Shown piece by piece: positions 52,975 to 64,000 of a DNA stretch of 64,000 nt. The stretch is from positions 49,476,001 to 49,540,000 of the forward strand of contig NC_043001.1 of the NCBI RefSeq assembly GCF_006345805.1, written 5' to 3'. Numbering within the stretch: the stretch's first letter is position 1; each line of letters begins with the position of its first letter. Source of the stretch: Octopus sinensis (lineage: Eukaryota). The translations under genes and the position numbers were made by a program. The notes beneath the pieces are model-generated. The model was given only the letters and a program-made list of their open reading frames with translations. It had not been told where the DNA came from and made no database searches.

Positions 52975-55141
52975 TTAATCATTTATATTTTACCTCTGAA
53001 GAAGGAGGTAGTTTCTAACAAAGATAACAAAGCACCGTCTTTGGAATGTAGGTAACGAAAACAATGTCACATTTTCAACCTGAGAAAAGTCTTGCATAGT
53101 TTTACTCTTCCGCTTACAGACTGGATTTGTAATGTGTGAATCAATTGGTTGATTTCTTTTTCTGAAAATTCAAGCTCATCCAGACTATCATTTAGGCATT
53201 TACTTACAAAACCAATTGTTTTAATTATTATTGGTTAAATGTAAATTTGTAATCCAGATATAGAAGCTGGAGGTTTCGAAGTAGTTGTCCATAATTATCT
53301 TCTTTCTCTGGTTTTCAAAGAGAAATTGACATCAGCAGGACAGTTGACCTCTCTGACAATACATACTTTTTCTTGTATGTCCCAAACAATATTAAGCAGT
53401 TTGTTATGCTTACACTTGACAGATGTTTTGATGGGAATGTTCCACCAGTATTTCTTCTACTAATATTTGTATACATATCCTATAACAGGAGGATTCTCTA
53501 TATTTTTCCAGGACAGTCTCTTTTTCCGAAGAACGTCATGTCGCTTAGGGAAGTTTTTGATGACAGTTTTTGGCAGCTGTTAACCACATGTATGATGTCT
53601 TTCACATGAAAATATAACATAATCTACATTTACGGTTGCATCTTGGAACTCCAAGGGCTTCACCGTCTCTTTTGTTCATTTGGTATTTAGTAGCAATCGT
53701 CTGTTCTTGGATTGCAAATGCATAGCCTTTGGAGTGTGATGTGATATAGCAGTCACGAGTCCAAGAAAGGCCTCGCTTCATGTCAACAATCTTACTATTT
53801 TCTTCAAGTCTACGAGAAACATATCCACGCATTATCTTCTTTTGCTATGCTGATCATTCCACCTCCAGGTCTTTGAGATATACTGGTCCAGCTGATTTAG
53901 GGTTGTACGGGAGGTGATCAAGAAGAGATTACTTCCAAAGAAACTCACTTCCAACACGTAGGATACTGCTCTCTTCACTTTTCAGCTCTAAGTTAATGTA
54001 TTTATTTTGCTGCTGTTGTTTAGCAAGTATTTCTGAGAGAGGCTATGTGACATTCAAAGGCTGTTTGCACTGATCTCAAGCCCCTCCTCCTTTATCTCTT
54101 TTTAGGTAGACCCTATCGATATCACTATTTTTGTAGAGATTTCCAGCTGAAGTTAGAATCTTGCAGGTTTTAATGTCTATGGAGTGGATTTCTTATACAA
54201 ACCAGTCAAGTATCCCAAATGTTGGAATCAGCACTGGTACCGAAAATGCATCGTGGGATATTGTCTTGGTCTGGTATAATTTCCTTGGGTTACTCTGTCT
54301 TTATTCACAGTATCTTGGTATGATATATTTTCATCAATGCTTAGTTACTTGTACCACTCTTTGTGTGGGACAGGGAAGATAGTGAGACCATTGATGCAAA
54401 GGTTTTGTCTGGGATACTGATTTTTCCGGTTCAACAACCAAATAAGAACATTTCTTCTGGCCAAATTTCATTTCCTATCTCAGCTGAAAATGTTATTAAT
54501 TCCAGTTGTTTTTGCCATTGCTAACATTTTTAATCTTGAGGCCATCCACAAAGAAATTAGGGGTTACATTAATATCTCTTTCAGTTTCAGACCATAGAAT
54601 GTAGCCGTTTGTTTTTTGTAACAGGAATAATAATGGGTTTAACGCCAAAATGAACAGAAGTACAAATAGACTATCTCCCTGGAATATTCCCTTTGAAATA
54701 TTTATGGTATAGGAGACGCTCGTTCTACTCTCTGTTCTAGGTGTGAGGATTGTGGCTCAGATCTTTATGAGCCTCCAAATGGCTGTAATTAAGGTAGCAG
54801 CCTCTTTTGCTAAATGAAAACACTTCAGCAGCTATGAGTGGTGAATAGAGTTGAATGCCTTCCCAGAATTAAACCATATAATTTTTTTATTTTATTTAAC
54901 TCAGAGAGTACAGTGTTGCTTATCGATACATCCCCACACTCCTTTCTTTCCACAGGCCTGCTCATCGGTAACTAGGTTGTTGGATTCACAATGCTTCTTG
55001 AGGAATTGGCTGAGACAGTTTGTGTACTGTATGTACATTATGTTTTAGTAAGCAATGGGCCTATTTTTATCAGACAACTCGGCGGTTTCATTCAATCGGA
55101 CCATCCATAGTACTCATGAATATACTTATTAGTGATTTCCT
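52975..55141 (-). mobile_element. R4-clade-like LINE, ~2.2 kb 5'-truncated, degenerate RT + CCHC + RLE
   Basis: Minus-strand relics: (YRPI)..LSQFLKKHCESNNLVTDEQACGKKGVWGC, GIFQGDSLF, YAFAIQEQTIATKY..CRLC; many stops and frameshifts. Confidence 0.88.
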
Positions 55142-55179
55142 GTACGTACGCATGTATGTATGTATGGATGTATGTATGC

Positions 55180-55212
<33 letters not shown>

Positions 55213-57361
55213 TGTATGTATGTATGTATGTATGTATGTATGTATGTGTGTGTGTGTATGTATGTATGTGTGGAGGGTGCACACGCGTATGTCCGATTAT
55301 GGCCCGTGTACCTCTTCAGTATTTGCTAATCTGCGCAGGCATAATGTGCATGCGTATCTGAGAATATATATATGGAATATATCGTTAACATGTATGTGTG
55401 TATATATACGTGCATGTATTTGAATGCGTATATAGCGTAATGTATATCAGGTTTAGGAGTGTTGGGACTTGTTAAACGATAAAGCAGTAAGATAATATAT
55501 GAAGTAGAGTTTAAGGTTCAGGTCAATTAACAGTTTTATAAGTGTGCTTATGATAAAAGTTTATAGTTCACGTATGTGTGTGTGTGTGTGTGCACGCGCG
55601 AGTGTGTGTGTGTGTGCGCGCGAGTGTGTGCGTGTGCGCGAGTGTGCGCGCGAGTGTGCGCGCGAGTGTGCGCGCGAGTGTGCATGTGTTTCTTTGTATG
55701 TCTGAATGTATGTATGTATGTATATATATATATATATGTAGGCTCTGCTTGTTGGTAAAAGGCTATTTGTATGTTAGAATATGTGCGTACATGTGCACTT
55801 TGTTTTGGCCAATATTGCGACAATGGGTTTCTAGTGAATGTATATGCGGTTAAGCTGTGGTGTGCTGGTCCATGCGGCGCATAGTATGCGCCGCCTTGGC
55901 CAGCAATTGTATTTGCGGCTTATTCCCTGGTCCTTAAGCCTATACATGTTTATACAGCAGACCTAAAAGTTCCACCACACCCATTCACCCCATTCCATAA
56001 AAGCGTCACTCGAGACGAACAGGACCACCTGGTTTACGCTACAGTGGCTAAGCTGTAATTCAGCCCTATTGTGTACCTGCACATATACCATAACCCATTG
56101 CAGATGCAACCACCCAACATTGTTGCTTATAGTACAGAGTACTCTCAATGCTGTCAGTACACAATAAAAGAAAAAGGCAAATTAACCTATTAATCCACAC
56201 AATACATCGACTCGACTATGGCTATCATATCGAGAAAAACCTTTCACAAACACTCAACACGACCACACCCATTCTCTCTCTTTCTTTCTTTCTCTCTCTC
56301 TCTCACACACACACACACATATCTCTCCACAGACATAACTTCTCCCAGTGGTGTATGCACACTCATGAATAAATACAAACATGTTCATATTCACACACTC
56401 ATACAAACAAACGCATTACACACTTCAAGAACACATTCACAAAACGCCCATATACACACGATCTCCCTTTAATACACCACACAAACATACTCACAAACAA
56501 ACAAACACACACACACTCACACACTCGCACTCGCACACACACACACACACGCATACGCACGCACACATACACACATACGTACACACGCATACACAAGCGC
56601 ACACTTGCACGCATACACATAAATTACCTAATTACTATTAATTTCAACCCGACTTCATCATTGTAAGTACATACATCCAATATAAAATGTGTGTATAACA
56701 TACACGTACAACCAATACAGCAATCACGCGAAGGATCTTTACCTTTTGACCGACAGATTTTTAAAAATAATTTTTTGTAACTAAACACTTTCAAACTTCG
56801 GAAACTGGTAGAATGTGTCATATAAAACATCTTTTACTCTTAGCGTTTTTACGAAGTTATTTCACGTTAAAGTTGTAGTATTTCGGCAATTTCAACCAAT
56901 CAATGACGTGTATTCAGCAAAATAAAATTACTGCCGTTGTTTGTCAACAACTATCAGCCAAGAAATAAGACTCTTTCGTTGGAATTTAAGCAACATAATC
57001 TTATATTGTATTGTATTGTATATGGGTAACCTTATATGTAAAAACGTTCCTTTCTTCTTTTCTCTTTTTAATTTAAAGTTAATTTTGATCGGCCAACGGC
57101 AAAGTTGTGAAACAAAGCATTTTCTTTCGTAAATCATCCTTTAAATCCGAAGAAGTTCTTGCAGAATTTTATTGACCCATATGTGATCGTTTGCAGTATG
57201 CATGTATGTATTACGATGTATGTATGTACACTTGCATGCAAATACACATGTACACATATATGAAACCATAGATATAGATATGTAGGCGCATACGCATACA
57301 TAGGTGCCTGCATGGATTTTATTACATAAGTGGACCTGTATCTTTTGATTTCTGTATAGAG

Positions 57362-57545
57362 CAGCGCTCCGCAACCTTTTCTCACTTGCGGCACACATAT
57401 ATTTTTTTCAAAATACGGCGGCACACCTGAACTAAAAATATAACTAAAAGTATAGGGAAAAATTATATTCAGGTTACCCTGCGGCATAACTAGCATCGTC
57501 TCGTGGTACACCAATGTGCCGTGGCATACCGGTTGCGGAGCACGG
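57362..57545. mobile_element. hAT (Charlie-like) MITE, 184 bp
   Basis: TIRs cagcgctccgcaacc / ggttgcggagcacgg; perfect 8-bp TSD GTATAGAG at 57354-57361 and 57546-57553. Confidence 0.93.
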
Positions 57546-57601
57546 GTATAGAGCACATAAACAGATATCTAAATGTCTATATTTGTGTATACGCACACAT
57601 A

Positions 57602-58122
57602 CCGTAAATCCTCGAGTATAATCCGCATTTTTTTCCAAAGATTTAAAGGTAAAAATCCCTAGTGTGTACTATATACGAGGTCAAAAATGAAAACTATTTT
57701 CTAAGCAATGTCCGAGTCTCTATTTGCTGTCCGGCAGTTTTTATTCAGACGCATTTTGTGATGTCGGGCGCAAAAATACCTTAAGCTAAGCCTGAAAGCA
57801 ATGAAGTCATAAAAGAATCATCCATAACTTGCAGTAAGCAAGATTTATTAAAATAAAAGTATTCAGAACACAGAATAACATGTAACAAAAACAATTTGCA
57901 AACATATTTATATTCCCATATAACAGTTAAGAACATCACCATTATTGTATTACGCATGCGCGGAAGTATTTGTTCGACTTGGTACTGCTGGCTTAATTAC
58001 GCACGACTCAAGTTAGGGAAGGGGGACGTATTATACACAAGGTTTAGGTTTTGCAGTGGTACAGCCCTCTAAAAATCCCCTGCGTATTAATCTCATGGCG
58101 GACTATACTCGAAGATTTACGG
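57602..58122. mobile_element. pogo/Tigger-type MITE, 521 bp
   Basis: TA TSD; TIRs ccgtaaatcctcgagtataatccgc / gcggactatactcgaagatttacgg. Confidence 0.9.
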
Positions 58123-58562
58123 TATTAGTTTCAAATGTTGGCACAAGGCCAGTAAGTTCGGGGGTGGGAATAAGTCAATAACATCGATGAAAGGCTGAAC
58201 TCACAACGTAAAGACGGACGAAATGCCGCTAAGCGTTTTGCCTGGTGTGTTAACGATTCTGCCAGCTCGCCACCTTTTGTATATACACACACTACATGCT
58301 AGACTTCTCGAATATATGTATGTGGAAATATATACATGCTCACTTGATCTAAGTGTTTGTGTGCATTTATGTATGTACGTATGTATGTATGTATGTATGT
58401 ATGTATGTATGTATGTATGTATATATGTGTGTGTATGTATGTATGTATGTATGTATGTATGTGTGTATGTGTGTATGTATGTATGTATGTATGTATGTAT
58501 AAATGTATGCTTGCATGCATATGAATGCATCTTACTCTTTTCAGGTTCAGTAAAGAACTTAC

Positions 58563-58658
58563 CAAATTCCCTAGCAAGGTACCTAGCAATGGCCATACTT
58601 TGAGGAATTTGTGTCTCGCCATCAATCTGTAGAACGGGAAGTATTGAGAAATTCATCT
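58563..58658 (-). CDS. S-crystallin/sigma-GST gene A, coding exon 2
   Basis: Acceptor ttatttttcag, donor gtaagt; (K)[31 protein letters not shown](G); 96 nt. Confidence 0.95.
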
Positions 58659-58774
58659 CTGAAAAATAATGAAATATTCATAAAAAACGGAATTGGAATT
58701 TCAATTTCAAGTATTTTAAAGGGATTTATTAGCTCATTGAATGTACGAAACTGAAGTATAAATTTACTGCTCAA

Positions 58775-60083
58775 AATTCCAAAAAGCTGCCTGACTAGTT
58801 ATGTTTGCTAAAAAGAAAAATTAATTACCGAAGTTTAATAAAAAAAAAATAACTTATTTAACTAAGTTTTAACATCATCTTCTTCGAGATAGTCACCTTG
58901 CGCAGCAATACACCGGTCCCAGCGTTCCCGCAAGCGAATCGAGAATTTACTGTGATTCGTTCTGGATCTCGATAACGGTGTTAAAACAGTGACTTGTGAG
59001 CTGCCTTATCATCTTGGAAAAGAGATGAAAGTCTGAGGCTGAACATTCTGGCGAATAGAGCTGAGGCAAAAGCGATACCATGTTGTTTTTGGCGAGAAAC
59101 TCACGAGCGAGGAGACCTCGGTGACAGGGTGCATTGTCATCTTGAAGAACCCAGTTCTTCGCGCTACACGAATCCGGTTGTTTTCGCCGAATATCCTCCC
59201 TCAGACGTTTCAAAACGTTGCAGTAGAACTCTCGATAGACAGCCTGACCCTGGGGGACGAACCCTCGATGCACAATACCGCAGATGTTAAAAAAAGAAAA
59301 AAACATGAGCGTGCTGTTGATTGGGCTGTCACCCTGTAGCGCATTCTTATTTTTCGGTCGTTCAGATGAAGGGCCCTTCCATTGTGACGACCGTTGCTTC
59401 GTCTCAGAGTCGTATCCGTAGACCCAACTCTCGTCACCGGTGATGATCCTCGACATGATGAATGGATCATCAGCGGCACACTGATCGTTATTCTTTCTGT
59501 TCAGTGGTCAGCAGGCTGGGGACAAACTTGACAGAGACATGCCGTATGTTCAATTCAAACGTTAGGATTACCTGTACAGACACATACGACAGACCAGCAA
59601 CATCAGCAATGTCGTGAATAGTCCACCGACTATCCTCATTCTTAAGCTGATGAATTTGCACCACATTACCAGAGATGACGTTCGTGGCAGGTCTTCCAGA
59701 TCGCTCGTTGTTTTCCAGAAACGTTCTTCCGCTTTTGAAGCGCCCGTGTCACTCGAAACACTCATTATCTCGTCACCGCAAGCTTGCCGAAGCATGCTCA
59801 ATGTCTCTGTATCAGAATTCCCAAATTTAACGCAAAATTTCACGTTGGCTCTTTGTTCCAGCTTCCTGCCCATCACAGACTACAGCATACACGTAATCAC
59901 AAAAAACACAAATTCCACAACTATTGAGGTAAACACAGCGATATCACTCATAAAGGTCACACTGGGCACGAAACTGTGTGCTGCCATCTGTTGGCACGCT
60001 ACAGAAAGCACGAAACCGCACGCGTGCTGTCATTTGTTGACATGCTACAGAACTAGTCCATGAACTTTTTGATACCACCTCAT
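58775..60083 (-). mobile_element. mariner transposon, near full length, frameshifted
   Basis: LEQRANVKFCVKFG N-terminus, RIITGDESWVYGYD, WVLQDDNAPCH, PQLYSPECSASDFHLF; right TIR ends gaactttttgataccacctcata; left TIR degenerate. Confidence 0.9.
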
Positions 60084-60265
60084 ATTATATTACATTCCAC
60101 AACTAATTTATTATTCTTAGAATTTCAGTTTCTATGAATGGTTTCCTTTAGGAAAATCGTCCACTTCTTTGTTGGCCAGGATTGCTGACTCAGGATCCAT
60201 CTCGCAATCACAGATTTAATAATTCCTTGTATTTGCTATATATGCATACATACATACCTGCATAG

Positions 60266-60310
<45 letters not shown>

Positions 60311-60376
60311 AATATATATGCGCGTGCGTGGTGTGTATGTGTATAAATACATATACAGACATGCATACATACACGC

Positions 60377-60415
<39 letters not shown>

Positions 60416-61120
60416 CGTATATCTGCCATTTAAATATGGCTAACCCCTAGGGTTGGATGCTACTGTAGTTTGTAGCCCCAGGAGGACACCTCCTCCAGCT
60501 GGCTATAGACACACTTTCTGTGCCCTATCAGTATTTGCAAAAGGAAGCCATCCTTCCCGTCTCCAACTTATGATACACACGGACTCGAGTTTCTGGGTAT
60601 TGACCCGTCATCGGCCTGTGACAATCACAGTTATTGATGAAAAGTAGGTTCCCTTCACAATTACACGAAGTAAAAATATATCGTTCAGATACACACACAC
60701 ACATATATATTATATAAAAAATACAAAATGGGACTAGAACTCAAAACATCCTGACAGTCAGGTGATACAAAAAAGGGACAACAAAACATCTAGATAGACG
60801 ACACAAAGAAAACAAGGACGAGTCATTCGGAGTTTTCTTTCTTCAGTCGAGTTCCAGATTATCTTTGCAATTTCGGCTTGTTATACTCGAGATGGCTCCA
60901 ATATGGCCAGTCTCAAGGAAAAAACTAAGCTAAGAGCATTAGATTCCTTGGAAGAAAGCAGCGAATGTATACGAAAATAAGACACCTGTTGTAATGTCCT
61001 TTTATTTGTATTTGTGTAACATTCTCCGTTTTTTTTCCGTGCTTGTTTTGTATTTTTTATATATAAAACGTATAGCGGCGTACGTACACTTTGCTCTCTC
61101 TCTCTCTCTCTCTCTCACTA

Positions 61121-61151
<31 letters not shown>

Positions 61152-61470
61152 TAGCCACCCTGCTACTTTGTTTGTTGCAAGATCTGTGACTGATTGTCGC
61201 TTGATTTTCTATATATTGTGAACTGTAAAAATGATCTGTAACCGTTCGGTCTGGTGATCCCATCGTCTGCTAGAAGAGGGTAGAGGTTTACTCCCCTACT
61301 TGCGATATATACCGGGTGCAGATTGCATCGATAACCAGTTGCAGGAGTCTTTTCTTAGGGTTAAAAACGGTAGTAACGTCGAATAGCCATACTGATGTAA
61401 CGATAAACATTACTTCTTAGTATAGTTACTACTTTCGTCTCTTATAAAGATTTTCTAACTAGCAACCTTG

Positions 61471-61557
<87 letters not shown>

Positions 61558-61804
61558 GTATGTATGTATATATAATGTATGTATGTATACATAATGTATG
61601 TATGTATGAATGTATGTATGTATGTATGAATGAGTGAATGTATGTATGTATGTATGTATGTATGTATATATGAACGTATGTATGTATGTATGTATGCATG
61701 TATGTATATATGTATGCATATATGTATGTATGTATGTACGTATGTATGTATGTATGTATGTATGTATGTATGTATGTATGTATGTGTGTGTGTATGTATG
61801 TATG

Positions 61805-61838
<34 letters not shown>

Positions 61839-62159
61839 TGTATGTATGTATGTATGTATGTATGTATGTATGTATGTATGTATGTGTGTGTATGTATGTA
61901 TGTATGTATGTATGTATGTGTGTGTATGTATGTATGTACGTATGTATATATGTATACGACTTGCTCAGGATAGAGCGCACCAGAATTAAAACCAAGACCT
62001 TATGATTACAAAGCAAACTGCTTAATCAGTCGGCCATACTGCTGCTTGTGCTGCTGCGACCATTACAACAACAACAACAACTACTACTACTACTACTACT
62101 ACAGTGGATAATGTAATGCTAAATATTATTTCGACACTAACAACAGCATTGATTGCAGT

Positions 62160-62241
62160 GCACAAGAAAGAAAGAAAGAAAGAAAAAAAAGAAAGAATGA
62201 AAGAAAGAAAGAAAGAAAGAAAGAAAAAAAAGAAAGAATGA

Positions 62242-62297
<56 letters not shown>

Positions 62298-62320
62298 ACG
62301 AAAGAAAGAAAGTGAGAAAA
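62160..62320. repeat. (AAAG)n microsatellite in gene A intron 1
   Basis: Directly visible. Confidence 0.95.
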
Positions 62321-62370
62321 AAGAGGGATGGTTGAAGGCGAAAGCGTAAAGATAGGTAAATAACACTGAC

Positions 62371-62503
62371 TGTTTTTGAAACGGTTCCATTCTGAGATTT
62401 TAATCCTTCGGTCGGTATAATGGACACCGGCGGCTGCAAACAGAATTCGACAAATTTCTGCACGACCACGACCATTAAAATAGAACAAATTATAAGTCGG
62501 CAT
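62371..62503 (-). CDS. S-crystallin/sigma-GST gene A, coding exon 1
   Basis: ATG at 62503; [44 protein letters not shown], then A|gtcagt; 133 nt, the same length and phase as gene B. Confidence 0.95.
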
Positions 62504-62910
62504 TATCGTCTTATTAATGTTGCCTTCTTTTGTTTTCTTGTTGTTCTCTTTACAATGGTTATTTTTGTTGGTGCTGGACGTGGTAATATGCCGTCGTTGT
62601 CCGTGTTACTTCAGCTAATGCGGTGGCTATTGTCTTCTTCGCTGGTACTTCTGTTGTTGGTAATTTTATTGTTGTTGATGGTATTGTCGTTACTGTTGTT
62701 GTGGTTGTTGTCTTTGTTGTGGTTGTTGCCTTTGTTATAGTTGTTTGTTTGGGGTCCATTTCTCTTTGACCCAGAACAAGTTTGGCGTTGTTATTTCAGA
62801 GAGAATCCAACGTGTCTACTTATATTCCAAGACTGTCTTGCTTTACTGGCAAGTAAATTAATATTTATGTATGTATGTATCCATATGTTTATATGTATAT
62901 ATGTATATGT

Positions 62911-62964
<54 letters not shown>

Positions 62965-63590
62965 TTTCTCCTCTCCCTCTGTGTATATGTGTGTGTGTAT
63001 GCAAGCATATGTCTGGGAATAAGAAAATTAGAGGGTGAAGAACCTAATAATAGTGGGGTGGAGGTAACACATCATTGCCGTTTCTACGCAATTTTTATTT
63101 TATAATCCATTATATTTTAATTCACTTCGTAACAGTCTGAGTAAATTACTAGATTTAATTACGGCGAACCTAGTTAATTAACACAAGTTCTTCTTACGCC
63201 TTCACACACTCACGCCGATACAGTGACACAAACACGCACTCACATTCATACCCAAACCACACAAACATACTTTGTAAACAACGAAACTGTAAAGCTGACC
63301 ATTCGTTGCGCACACTGACAATAGGAACAACGATTACTACAACAGCAACAACAATTTTAATAGGCACTCTCATCTCACTTTTTGACGTATAAACGTTTAG
63401 TGTACGATTAAATGGACAGCCTGATCGTTGAATTGACATGAAAAGTAGTTGTATGTTCCAACACACACATACATACATACATACATACATACACACATAT
63501 ACACACACGTGTACTTATAGCATAAGTCTCATGTACTCTCAGACTGACATAAGTGTGATAAGGTTGGGCCTTTAAATTATAGGAATCATA

Positions 63591-63784
63591 TCCGGTAAGT
63601 TCGCCGTCGTCAATTCACCAGTTTTTGGGTCATTTTTTTTTTCAATAATATAGATTTTAATTGTTAATGGTGATATACTGTGGATATATTTTCTCGGTAA
63701 ACTTTCCTCGCGGTGAACTTTCCTCACGGTGAACTGATGGGGGCGAACTTTCCCTGCGATGAATTACTGGTGGTGAACTTGCCT
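63591..63784. mobile_element. Unclassified MITE-like element with imperfect TIRs and ~15-bp subterminal tandem repeats
   Basis: Left ccggtaagttcgccgtcgtcaattcacc resembles the reverse complement of the right end; ggt(g/a)aactttcctc(g/a)c repeated at 63695-63784. Confidence 0.55.
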
Positions 63785-64000
63785 GTAATCTATAGGAATA
63801 GTCCACCATGTTAATACAGGAAAATTCCTTGATTCTTGAGATTATCCCTCCTTCCCATATGGAGCTGGTCTTAAGTGCTGTTTGGCAATTGTGCCACATC
63901 CTCTAGAGGTGGAGATAATTTTAATAAATGAAGAGTATTCGTTGTTTGTTATTTGGCATGCTTGTATTTGTCTATGTTGTTCAAATATATGTCACTGGTC

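Noticed and set aside
60810-60860. Minus-strand CTGAAGA...CCGAAT hammerhead-like string in a Penelope-like repeat
   Set aside because: GAAA is replaced by GAAT and stems II and III do not pair convincingly.
62741-63022. + strand ORF containing RENPTCLL, reminiscent of the S-crystallin ALENP motif
   Set aside because: Wrong strand and location, with no other matching residues; coincidental.

Overview
AT-rich, microsatellite- and transposon-dense eukaryotic DNA, most likely an octopus (coleoid cephalopod), inferred from S-crystallin-type genes and the SINE/repeat content. Three protein-coding genes can be assembled by hand. (1) The last two exons of a + strand molluscan chitin-binding (ChtBD2/peritrophin-A type) gene, 1016-3856. 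(2) A complete 5-coding-exon, 205-aa short S-crystallin/sigma-class GST on the - strand (gene B, 39416-17779). (3) A tandem paralogue upstream of it (gene A, 62503-49545, -), whose fourth coding exon and most of its last exon appear to be hidden in a 100-N assembly gap. The rest is decayed Tc1/mariner elements (DD34E, DD34D, DD37D, DD41D), R4-clade-like LINE fragments, Helitron-type elements, hAT and pogo MITEs, four tRNA-derived SINE families and many long palindromes. The most unusual signals are Penelope-type repeats carrying minimal type I hammerhead-ribozyme motifs (one fully intact at 9049-9114) and a spacer-less ~540-bp palindrome built from two head-to-head tRNA-like Pol III heads, each fused to a Penelope-type hammerhead tail (48298-48834). 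All alignments and family assignments were made by eye and from recalled consensus motifs; no searches were run.
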